A program made the translations under genes and the position numbers. Positions 48,293 to 56,248 of a stretch of 64,000 nt of DNA are shown here, one piece after another. How positions within the stretch are numbered: the first letter of the stretch is position 1; each line of letters begins with the position of its first letter. The stretch lies in IMG/VR virus record IMGVR_UViG_3300035675_000004, positions 1 through 64,000 of that record; one strand, written 5' to 3'. The stretch is from a virus. The notes beneath the pieces are model-generated. The model ran no database searches. It saw only the letters and a program-made list of their open reading frames with translations, and was not told the DNA's origin.

Positions 48293-48455
48293 AGACAGCG
48301 AACCGAAAAGTACAGAAAAAATAATTTGCACGCGGGGCCCCATTGGTTGTTGTGTGTGTCCTAAATGTCACATAACAGCGAAAAAAGCGAGAGGGGTTTC
48401 CTGTGAAAGAACAGCGTGTCCGCATTGTGGCGGGCCAATGACAAGAGGAGAATAA
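48285..48455 (+). CDS. 56-aa Cys-rich metal-binding protein (not in ORF track)
   Basis: TTG start; GPIGCCVCPKC...RGVSCERTACPHCGGPMTR; fills the intergenic gap exactly. Confidence 0.65.
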   Translation: MDKDSEPKSTEKIICTRGPIGCCVCPKCHITAKKARGVSCERTACPHCGGPMTRGE

Positions 48456-48456
48456 A

Positions 48457-48756
48457 ATGAAAAAAGAAAAACTTGCTGCGCATGTAAAAACAGGCAGTAA
48501 ACTGAAAACAGCATTGGAGAAAATTTTGGCCAAGCATCTGGTGAAAGAGGAAGTCACACCACTCGATGCACTTGCGGGATCATCATATGGTTATGATACA
48601 ATCGGCCCGCAGAAAGACCTTGTAAAATACTGCATCTGTCCAGTTTGCAAAACATATGTCGAGAAGGACAACGAGATGGCCTGCTCCATGCACCAGTGCC
48701 CAAAAGACGGATCGGCTATGGTCAACAAAATGGACGCGAGAGTAGAGAAGGGCTAA
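48457..48756 (+). CDS. Cys-rich protein with possible capsid-targeting leader
   Basis: KHLVKEE; CICPVC...C...CPKDG..M motif. Confidence 0.65.
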   Translation: MKKEKLAAHVKTGSKLKTALEKILAKHLVKEEVTPLDALAGSSYGYDTIGPQKDLVKYCICPVCKTYVEKDNEMACSMHQCPKDGSAMVNKMDARVEKG

Positions 48757-48759
48757 GAA

Positions 48760-49404
48760 ATGGCAATACCAACCAGACAACCAAGAGGCGGTATCAATAA
48801 GCCACAATGGGAGTTATACGATATCCGTTATAATCCTGAGCATTCCCTTGCGGAAAGCTTGATAATGGAATATACGGACATTGTTGGCATAAAGGCTGTT
48901 TGGCACGAAAGATCCAATAGTGTAACATATGATACTCTTTATGGTGAACATACTGGCACAACCTATGATGAAACAGGAAAGACAACAAAACTCATTTACA
49001 ATGTAGATGAGGAGCCGAACCTGTGGTCATCTTTTGGTATGTTTGGCGGTGACATTCTCATCACACATATTCCGCAGGGAACATGGAGGCGGGATGTAAG
49101 TGCTACGACGGAACCGAAAATCGGAGATATCGTTACGATAGATTGGTATGAGCCGTTTGCTGGTGAGCGCAGAACATTCGAGGTTGTCCACGTTGATGAT
49201 GATGATAAGACATTCCAGTTGAAGAAGATGGTCTATATTCTTATATTGAGACCATACAGGTTCTCAGAGCAGAGCGATAGTGCTACAGCACTTGCAACGC
49301 ATAGTGCTCCGATTAGTGCCTACGGTGACAACGAGTGGATTGAAGAACAATCTAATACCATTGATGATTACGATGATGTTGACACCAAAATTTATGGATA
49401 TTAA
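48760..49404 (+). CDS. gp14: Neck/head completion protein (gp14-like)
   Basis: SLIME...IVG, D.LYGE, SSFGM, P.IGD and FEV..V....FQL motifs; position after gp13. Confidence 0.8.
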   Translation: MAIPTRQPRGGINKPQWELYDIRYNPEHSLAESLIMEYTDIVGIKAVWHERSNSVTYDTLYGEHTGTTYDETGKTTKLIYNVDEEPNLWSSFGMFGGDILITHIPQGTWRRDVSATTEPKIGDIVTIDWYEPFAGERRTFEVVHVDDDDKTFQLKKMVYILILRPYRFSEQSDSATALATHSAPISAYGDNEWIEEQSNTIDDYDDVDTKIYGY

Positions 49405-49415
49405 GGGGTAGATAG

Positions 49416-49766
49416 ATGAGATTTGGAAAATATCTAACAGAATTTACAGATCCAGCTTTAAGAAACTTGGAGCAAAACGCTGAAAAAGAAGCGAAAGAGG
49501 AAGCCAAGAAACTGGAAAAGGCCTTCAGGGATAGAATAGATGATACAATGAAATCTCTGGATTGGTTTGCCAAGGAAACAATTAAACTGACACCTGATGT
49601 AAAGGAACAGGCAAAGGAGTTCAATGTTTTCGTGAGTAGGCTTATAGGATTTCAACAAGATACTATGTCTTGGAATTACTCATTTAAAATGTTGGATGAA
49701 TTGATAGACAATATCGAGGAGCACGCCAAATTTATCAGGAAAAAATATGGATGGTATGGAAAATGA
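49416..49766 (+). CDS. Putative internal head protein (paralog of 50296)
   Basis: MRFGKYLTE leader; ends HAKFIRKKYGWYGK. Confidence 0.65.
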   Translation: MRFGKYLTEFTDPALRNLEQNAEKEAKEEAKKLEKAFRDRIDDTMKSLDWFAKETIKLTPDVKEQAKEFNVFVSRLIGFQQDTMSWNYSFKMLDELIDNIEEHAKFIRKKYGWYGK

Positions 49767-50035
49767 AGGTAGATGAGAAGATAGAAAACTATTTGACAGA
49801 AATAATGCCGAGAGGGTTTGGCTATCAGATGGATAAAAAAGTGTTGAGAATTATAAAATATAGAGAAGTTAATGTTGAATGTTGTGGAACCTGTATGTAT
49901 TTTAAGGGAGAGGTTTGTAAAAATCCTGAAAATATTGCGACAGCAGCCGATGTTCTTGATACTGTAATTCCAGCATCTGCCGGATTATCTACCAGCGTAA
50001 ATGGTCTTTGCGAAGTTTATAAAAGGAGATGGTAA
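49763..50035 (+). CDS. Putative internal head protein, Cys-containing
   Basis: MKVDEKIENYLTE leader; CCGTC..F...C...C motif. Confidence 0.65.
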   Translation: MKVDEKIENYLTEIMPRGFGYQMDKKVLRIIKYREVNVECCGTCMYFKGEVCKNPENIATAADVLDTVIPASAGLSTSVNGLCEVYKRRW

Positions 50036-50296
50036 GTGAAAAGTATAGATGAGAAGATTGATATGTATCTTGGAGAGGGATATAAGGATGACCTGAAAGT
50101 TTTGAGGAACGCTGACAAGGCGCTCCAAAAAGCTCTACACGGTAACTATCCAGAACTCGACAAGATTGCAAAGGAAATGGCAAAAAGCGTTGCTATTGAT
50201 ATCAATAAAAAAACATCGGGTGTTGTATCTGATATGCCTTATAAAGCACAGTATGTCTTGGAAAAGCTGATTAGATTATTACAGGAGAAAGTATAA
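50036..50296 (+). CDS. Putative internal head protein
   Basis: MKSIDEKIDMYLGE leader. Confidence 0.65.
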   Translation: MKSIDEKIDMYLGEGYKDDLKVLRNADKALQKALHGNYPELDKIAKEMAKSVAIDINKKTSGVVSDMPYKAQYVLEKLIRLLQEKV

Positions 50297-50646
50297 TGGG
50301 AAAGATAGACGAAAAGATTGATATGTATTTGAATGAGGCTGTATCAGGTCAATTAGCCAGTCAACTCAGAGCCGCACAGAAAAGAGCCGACGATGCTTTC
50401 AAAGAAGGTGTCAGAAATACATTGAAAGCAATGGACGAATATGCAAAGGAAACCTGCGTTGATTTATACAAGGGTGACATACAGAAACAATCTGAATGCT
50501 TCGCCTCTTTTTATGCTAAGCTTATTATCTTTGTCCAAGACCAGTTCCAGCCCTATATGTCAGATGCATTGGTAAATGAGCTTGTAAGTGATATGGATGA
50601 GCACGCAAAAACTCTCAGAAAAAAATATGGATGGTATGGAAAATGA
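50296..50646 (+). CDS. Putative internal head protein (paralog of 49416)
   Basis: MGKIDEKIDMYLNE leader; ends HAKTLRKKYGWYGK. Confidence 0.65.
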   Translation: MGKIDEKIDMYLNEAVSGQLASQLRAAQKRADDAFKEGVRNTLKAMDEYAKETCVDLYKGDIQKQSECFASFYAKLIIFVQDQFQPYMSDALVNELVSDMDEHAKTLRKKYGWYGK

Positions 50647-51074
50647 AAAGGATAGATGAACGCTTAAGCGAATACCTTGATGAGAAAACATTAGATGTGT
50701 TTGCTAAACATCAGGTAGCCATTGCAAGAAAGACATTAAAAATGTCAGATGCTGGTGCAAAAATAATGGGCGGTATGAACAAAGAGGAGGCCAGAGCTGT
50801 TCTCAAGAAATATGGTCTGAAAGAAGAAGTTTTGACAGAAGGCCTCGGCCCAATCTTTCTAAAACAAGAGGGCCCAAATTTTACCAAAATTTATGTGAGC
50901 GGAAAGACATTATGGTTTTCTTATGAAACACTGGTTGCTTTTAGTGACGGAAGCAAAACCTATGCAACATCCGAAAAGTTTAGCAACACAACTTCCAGAC
51001 AAATGGGTACTATAGATGTGGATGTGTGGTTAGGCGATGATGATTTTCTAACACTTGCGAGGAAAAAATTATGA
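50643..51074 (+). CDS. Putative internal head protein
   Basis: MKRIDERLSEYLDE leader; second internal VLTE site; FSYET.VA...FS.TTSRQ motif. Confidence 0.65.
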   Translation: MKRIDERLSEYLDEKTLDVFAKHQVAIARKTLKMSDAGAKIMGGMNKEEARAVLKKYGLKEEVLTEGLGPIFLKQEGPNFTKIYVSGKTLWFSYETLVAFSDGSKTYATSEKFSNTTSRQMGTIDVDVWLGDDDFLTLARKKL

Positions 51075-51406
51075 CAGATATTATAGAAAGACTTGATTAT
51101 ATTTTGAAAGAGGATTATGTTGACAGGTTGGGGCAATCGAAGGTCATAAAATTTCTTGATCAAAATAAAAAGAAAACAGATCACTTCGGCGGAAATGTGA
51201 GAGTGTCCACTACTAATAAGCGATGGGCATTTGGATTAGGTGGCGGAACAGACCTTCATTTCATTCAGGCCGTCCTGACAGCAGACGGAAAGTGGAAAGT
51301 CAACTCCTCACAGGGTATAGCCAAGGTAACTAAGAATACTCTTACTGACGATGAGATGTTACAAAAAGTAAAAGCCATATTCGATAAATCAGGGGAGAAG
51401 AAATGA
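51071..51406 (+). CDS. Putative internal head protein
   Basis: MTDIIERLDYILKE leader. Confidence 0.65.
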   Translation: MTDIIERLDYILKEDYVDRLGQSKVIKFLDQNKKKTDHFGGNVRVSTTNKRWAFGLGGGTDLHFIQAVLTADGKWKVNSSQGIAKVTKNTLTDDEMLQKVKAIFDKSGEKK

Positions 51407-51777
51407 AAAAGGTACATGAGAAAATTGACAATTATCTGAATGAAGATAAGTCATCTCAAGCGAGAGCTGAGATGAAGATTGTTTTTGAAAATATTAGGCA
51501 TATTATGATTGATGCTGTAATGGATGCTGATGCAGCTCTACAGGATTTTGTAAATGATAAACTGGAGCGCAAAATCTTTGTGCCAGCAATCAAGAAAATA
51601 ATAAAAGAACTGGATAGTGCTGGTGACGCGGCTGAGGGCAACTGGCAAATACAAACAAGCTCTGTAGATAAGATATTTGCAGACTACCATAAAGAAGTTG
51701 TAAAACAGTTTGGTGCAGGAAGTCCGGTAGTCGATGCTTACTGGAATGCTGTTGAAGAACTATGGTTTGAGAGGTAG
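51403..51777 (+). CDS. Putative internal head protein
   Basis: MKKVHEKIDNYLNE leader. Confidence 0.65.
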   Translation: MKKVHEKIDNYLNEDKSSQARAEMKIVFENIRHIMIDAVMDADAALQDFVNDKLERKIFVPAIKKIIKELDSAGDAAEGNWQIQTSSVDKIFADYHKEVVKQFGAGSPVVDAYWNAVEELWFER

Positions 51778-51781
51778 GAAG

Positions 51782-51913
51782 ATGGGGGCATTGGTAGATA
51801 ATGAATGGGAAGATAAAATAAAAAAAGTGGACGAAAAGATCGACGCTGGTTATAAAGAAATCCGTAAATTGGATGAAAAGCCCGCGGAGAAACCGAAAGA
51901 AAAGGAAAAATAA
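51782..51913 (+). CDS. 43-aa charged protein (not in ORF track)
   Basis: MGALVDNEWEDKIKKVDEKIDAGY...; fills the gap; GAGG/AGGA upstream. Confidence 0.5.
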   Translation: MGALVDNEWEDKIKKVDEKIDAGYKEIRKLDEKPAEKPKEKEK

Positions 51914-51914
51914 A

Positions 51915-52202
51915 ATGAGACTACGAAATTTCTTGGAAGAAGAATTAAAGAATGTCAACTGGCCGAAATTTCTCAAAGCAACAATGCAACAGACCATTGC
52001 GGATCTTGAGGCCCAAGCGGATTATATCGTCAAGAAAAACCCGGCCACAGCAGAAAAAGAATTTGAAAGATTTGTTGATGCTATTAAATCCTCAAATCTC
52101 AAAGCTGTCAGCACGCTTGATATACCTAAAGAGATGATGCAACAGGTCAACTATCAGATAGATTTCGCTGTCAAAGAAATAAAAAAAGAATATGGATGGT
52201 AA
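51915..52202 (+). CDS. Putative internal head protein
   Basis: MRLRNFLEEE leader; ends KKEYGW. Confidence 0.6.
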   Translation: MRLRNFLEEELKNVNWPKFLKATMQQTIADLEAQADYIVKKNPATAEKEFERFVDAIKSSNLKAVSTLDIPKEMMQQVNYQIDFAVKEIKKEYGW

Positions 52203-52518
52203 AGAAATGGACAAGATGAACGCACATACACCGCTTCTTGGCGGAGAGAGAAGAACAATAAACGAGGCTGATCTCGATAGTAAAATGGATAAACTCGAAG
52301 AAGATATCAGTAATGTATTGGATGTTATGGGAGACGCGTATGATGATATTCAAAACGAGTGGTCAGATGCATCTGGAATGATGTATCAGTATGATTTATC
52401 ACAGACACCTAAAATAATCGCTGCTGCAAAGAAGCTTATAAAAGTTACCAATGATCTTATCACCAAAGTAGAGTTGATGACAAATCTGGAAAAGGCAAGA
52501 CAAAAAGAAAAGAAATGA
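52192..52518 (+). CDS. Hypothetical protein
   Basis: Coupled ORF, predicted helical. Confidence 0.6.
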   Translation: MDGKEMDKMNAHTPLLGGERRTINEADLDSKMDKLEEDISNVLDVMGDAYDDIQNEWSDASGMMYQYDLSQTPKIIAAAKKLIKVTNDLITKVELMTNLEKARQKEKK

Positions 52519-54269
52519 ATTTTTCGACCTTCCTAACGGAACAGAAGTCAAAAGCGGTGGGCATATTTATCGGAAGGGTAACGCCACCCACGATAGCCCA
52601 CCAAAAAATTATAGAGGATGCCTTCAGAAAGTACTCTAAGGTCTATATCTTTATCATCGAGGGCGAAAAAACCTCACAGCTTACAAAAAACTTTTTGTCG
52701 TTCAATCAGAGAAAAGAAATTCTCAAGGTCACAAATCCGAGAGCCATCCCTATTCTCGCTAAGGCTGGATATATCCCCGATATAATCGAGCAGAACCATA
52801 TTGACACATCTAACGGTGTGGCTATTATCGCTGGGTCTGACAGGATAGACGGATATATGAACCAATTTGGAGATGTGAAATACAATGTTATTCCTGACGA
52901 GATAAAGAGAACGGCCAGTGATGTATCGGCATCGAAAGTCAGAGCGGCCCTCGCTGAAAAGGACTTCGCAACATACAAGAGAATGATAGCCAAGGGGCTC
53001 GACAATCAGAGATGGTTTGATGAGTTGAGAAAACGAATGGCTCGGAAGGGAAATGAAATAGAAGAAATAAGGTCTCTGAAAGATATTATCACAGAAGAAG
53101 TCAACAAGCACATTGAGCACTTTGAGGATAATATGCTGAATATGGGCGTCGAGGGCATTCAGCAAAATGTTCTCATAGCTAAGACATTGAGAGATACTCT
53201 ATCTGGTTCATCAGCTGTAAAGGCCAAGATAACCGTGAAGTGGGATGGTGCGCCTGCCGTATTTTTTGGTATCAATCCAGAGAACGGAAAGTTTTTTGTG
53301 TCCACAAAAGCTATATTCAACAAGGAGCCGAAGATAGCCTACACCCCACAGGATGTAAAGGCATATTTTGGCCATGCGCCGAACCTTGTAACCAAATTGA
53401 TTGATTGCCTGAAATACCTGCCCTCTCTCGGCATAAACACCATATATCAAGGCGACCTGCTTTTCACCAATGACAAGAAGTTTGAAAAAATAGACGGTAT
53501 CGCCAGCATTACATTTACACCGAACACAATAACATATGCCATCCCAAACGATGACTCCGACTTGGCTAAGGCTGTCAGGGGAGCAAGAATAGGCATTGTT
53601 GTGCACACCGAGTATGTAGGCAAGACTATTGATACATTGTCAGCAAAGTATGATGTAAATGTAAAAAGATATTCAAATAGTAATGTATGGATTACGGACG
53701 CATATTTCGAGGATGATTCCGGTATAATCAATTTTACCAAGAAAGAGATTGGTGACATTGATTATATGATAGGAGAAGTTGAGAGAGTATCGAGGTATGT
53801 GAAGAGCGATATCTTCGTGAAACTGAGAGACTACGGTATCTATGAGTTATTCCGAAGATTTCATAATGAGCAGATAAAACAGGGTGCCCCTTTGAATGCG
53901 GTGTCAAAATATTTTGATGACTTTGTAACCTACATAGAGAACGCCCTTACTTCTTTACCGGCAAAAACACAGGCGACAATAGACAAAAGAACACAGAAAA
54001 TTGAGGAAATCAAAATGTTCCTCAATAAATACAGGAGGGAGATAGTGGGGATATTCTACCTGTATCTTCTTTTTATACGAATGAAAAATATTTTCGTCCA
54101 GAAGCTCAGCCAGATAAGTAGTGTTGGAACATTCATTCGTAGTGGTGACGGTTACAGAGTGACAAAGCCAGAAGGGTTCTGCGTTATTGACAATGACGGC
54201 AGTATATTGAAACTGGTTGACCGACTTGAATTTTCGAGGGCAAACTTTACATTGGAGAAGGTATGGTAA
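52515..54269 (+). CDS. Cytidyltransferase-like domain fused to a KWDG-motif (DUF6267-like) domain
   Basis: GR..PPTIAH, AGSDR and SASKVR (HIGH-type NTase); then H.EH.ED, TVKWDGAPA, QGDL.F, EGF and KLVDRLEFS. Confidence 0.8.
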   Translation: MNFSTFLTEQKSKAVGIFIGRVTPPTIAHQKIIEDAFRKYSKVYIFIIEGEKTSQLTKNFLSFNQRKEILKVTNPRAIPILAKAGYIPDIIEQNHIDTSNGVAIIAGSDRIDGYMNQFGDVKYNVIPDEIKRTASDVSASKVRAALAEKDFATYKRMIAKGLDNQRWFDELRKRMARKGNEIEEIRSLKDIITEEVNKHIEHFEDNMLNMGVEGIQQNVLIAKTLRDTLSGSSAVKAKITVKWDGAPAVFFGINPENGKFFVSTKAIFNKEPKIAYTPQDVKAYFGHAPNLVTKLIDCLKYLPSLGINTIYQGDLLFTNDKKFEKIDGIASITFTPNTITYAIPNDDSDLAKAVRGARIGIVVHTEYVGKTIDTLSAKYDVNVKRYSNSNVWITDAYFEDDSGIINFTKKEIGDIDYMIGEVERVSRYVKSDIFVKLRDYGIYELFRRFHNEQIKQGAPLNAVSKYFDDFVTYIENALTSLPAKTQATIDKRTQKIEEIKMFLNKYRREIVGIFYLYLLFIRMKNIFVQKLSQISSVGTFIRSGDGYRVTKPEGFCVIDNDGSILKLVDRLEFSRANFTLEKVW

Positions 54270-54607
54270 TGAAAAACAAACTTAAAAAATATTTAACAGA
54301 AGATGCTGGGCCCGGCAATAAAATATATGTATTTGATCACGGCAAAGCAGTTGGTTATTCGGAATCCGCAGCGCCGGCCTGTCTTACTTGTTTTTATAGC
54401 CTTCAACAAAATGTAAAAGCTGGCCATCATTTTGTAGACAGGATGACCTGTGAAAATCCAAATGTTTTTGAGGCTATTGCCAATGAACTGACAGCGCTAG
54501 GATTTTCTGATTTCAAGGGGGAAAATCCGATGAAATATCACGGTCAGTTTGATATGATGGTACACCCACAGGGTAAGTGCAAATTCTGGAAAAGAGGTAG
54601 ATCATAG
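54269..54607 (+). CDS. Putative internal head protein, Cys-containing
   Basis: MKNKLKKYLTE leader; CLTC...C...C. Confidence 0.65.
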   Translation: MKNKLKKYLTEDAGPGNKIYVFDHGKAVGYSESAAPACLTCFYSLQQNVKAGHHFVDRMTCENPNVFEAIANELTALGFSDFKGENPMKYHGQFDMMVHPQGKCKFWKRGRS

Positions 54608-54609
54608 AA

Positions 54610-54858
54610 ATGAAAAAGATAAGCGAGCTGATGGAAAAATATCTTATTGAGGAAAAAAAGGAAATGCCGGCTATTATCTGGAAGAAAGAGAACAAGAAAG
54701 GAATGCTGAGCAAGCTCAAGAATATGAAAGCCAAGGGATTCAAGACAGTGAGAATACATTCTGATAGTAGAGATCCTTATGGTTATACAAAATCTATCGC
54801 TGCTGCTATAAAAGACCTTGAGGCGTCAGTTGAAAAAGAAAGGACAAAGAAAAAATAA
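54610..54858 (+). CDS. Putative internal head protein
   Basis: MKKISELMEKYLIE leader. Confidence 0.65.
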   Translation: MKKISELMEKYLIEEKKEMPAIIWKKENKKGMLSKLKNMKAKGFKTVRIHSDSRDPYGYTKSIAAAIKDLEASVEKERTKKK

Positions 54859-55677
54859 ATGGCAGATAGAACATACTACTTTTACAAAGCAATAAGAAAG
54901 ACCATCATACAGTTTCTCGACCTGTTCACGAACATTTTGGTGGCAAGATATGACAATGACGGTAACATTGTCAAAACTGTAGAAGTTCCTGTAAAATTCG
55001 GGCCAAAGGAAAAAGCATACTACTGGATAAAAGAATACTCTACAGAAGAAAAACTGCCGATGATATCCGTAGTCATACAGGGTATTGACTTTGACAGTGC
55101 CAGAATGGCTAACAGGAATACAGATGTTGTCATAGCGGTAGACAGAGAAACTTTTAGACAGACACAATATCCAAGTCCCGTTCCATACACCATCACATTT
55201 GGTGTTACAATATGGGCGCTTCATATGGTCGATATCGATCAAATTTTGGAGCAGATACTTCCATATTTCACGCCTCATATCGTTATGAGGATTACCATAC
55301 CTGAATTAGAAACAACGATAGATGTAAAGGTGGTTTTCCAGAGTGCTATACCAGATATTCCCGAAGATTGGGGAGAGCAGGAATGGAGAGTAGTAAGATG
55401 GACATTACAATTTGCCGTCCAGACTTATCTATTCAAAGCGGCAGAGGTTGATGCCAGTGGAGAAGCAGGGGTCGATGTTATCAAGAAAACCATTGCCAAT
55501 GTCTATACAGACGAAGATAAGTTTGAAGCCAGAGATACAGAAACATTGATGCTGACCGCCTCGCCGCCATTGAGCGGCGGTATGGACGAGATAGTATACA
55601 CCGAAGCTCTTGGTTATGATGAGACAGCCGGCATACTGTTATATTACGAAATATTCTCTAATGAGAGGACGGACTAA
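54859..55677 (+). CDS. gp15: Tail sheath stabiliser/terminator (gp15-like)
   Basis: YFY..IRK.I..F..LF, VP..FGPKEK, PVPY and QILEQILPYF.P motifs. Confidence 0.93.
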   Translation: MADRTYYFYKAIRKTIIQFLDLFTNILVARYDNDGNIVKTVEVPVKFGPKEKAYYWIKEYSTEEKLPMISVVIQGIDFDSARMANRNTDVVIAVDRETFRQTQYPSPVPYTITFGVTIWALHMVDIDQILEQILPYFTPHIVMRITIPELETTIDVKVVFQSAIPDIPEDWGEQEWRVVRWTLQFAVQTYLFKAAEVDASGEAGVDVIKKTIANVYTDEDKFEARDTETLMLTASPPLSGGMDEIVYTEALGYDETAGILLYYEIFSNERTD

Positions 55678-56180
55678 TGGCCGTAGCAACTGTAATAAGT
55701 AAATCAAATCCAACCAATTTTGAACTGGCTATACCGATACTTCCATCGGAAACAACCTTGGCTGCCACAGCTGAATTGAAGTTGAACATATACGGAACAA
55801 TCATTCCCAGTATGACCCTTGAGGATGCGGAAGCTGCATATCAGGCAGGCAAGATTAGGTTTCAATCAGGAAAACTACAATTTGATCCGTGGACGGTCAA
55901 TTTTATGGTGGACTCCGAGCTGAGGAACTGGAAGGTCTTAGCAAATTGGATATTTTACATAAATAATAATAAGGATGTTATGGGTCAGGCTCCCGATGAC
56001 TCCGTGATCGACGCAACCCTCAGAATAATGGACAATTTTAACGCAAGTATTCTCACGGTTACATTTAAAAATATGTGGATACAATCACTGGGAGAAGTTT
56101 CTATGTCAACGAGAGAAGGAGAGAGCACACTGGAAAGTAATGCTACTTTTCTTTATGACAGATACGAGATTAATTATTGA
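55677..56180 (+). CDS. gp3: Tail tube terminator (gp3-like)
   Basis: FDP..V.F.VD.EL.NW...NWI; DATL.I motifs. Confidence 0.75.
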   Translation: MAVATVISKSNPTNFELAIPILPSETTLAATAELKLNIYGTIIPSMTLEDAEAAYQAGKIRFQSGKLQFDPWTVNFMVDSELRNWKVLANWIFYINNNKDVMGQAPDDSVIDATLRIMDNFNASILTVTFKNMWIQSLGEVSMSTREGESTLESNATFLYDRYEINY

Positions 56181-56189
56181 TAAAAATCG

Positions 56190-56206
56190 TATAAATAATA
56201 TAAATA
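56190..56206 (+). promoter_or_regulatory. Tandem T4-type late promoters upstream of sheath
   Basis: TATAAATA at 56190-97 and at 56199-206. Confidence 0.75.
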
Positions 56207-56248
56207 GATATTGAGGGAACGAATATCTCTACTGGAGGAATATAGAAA

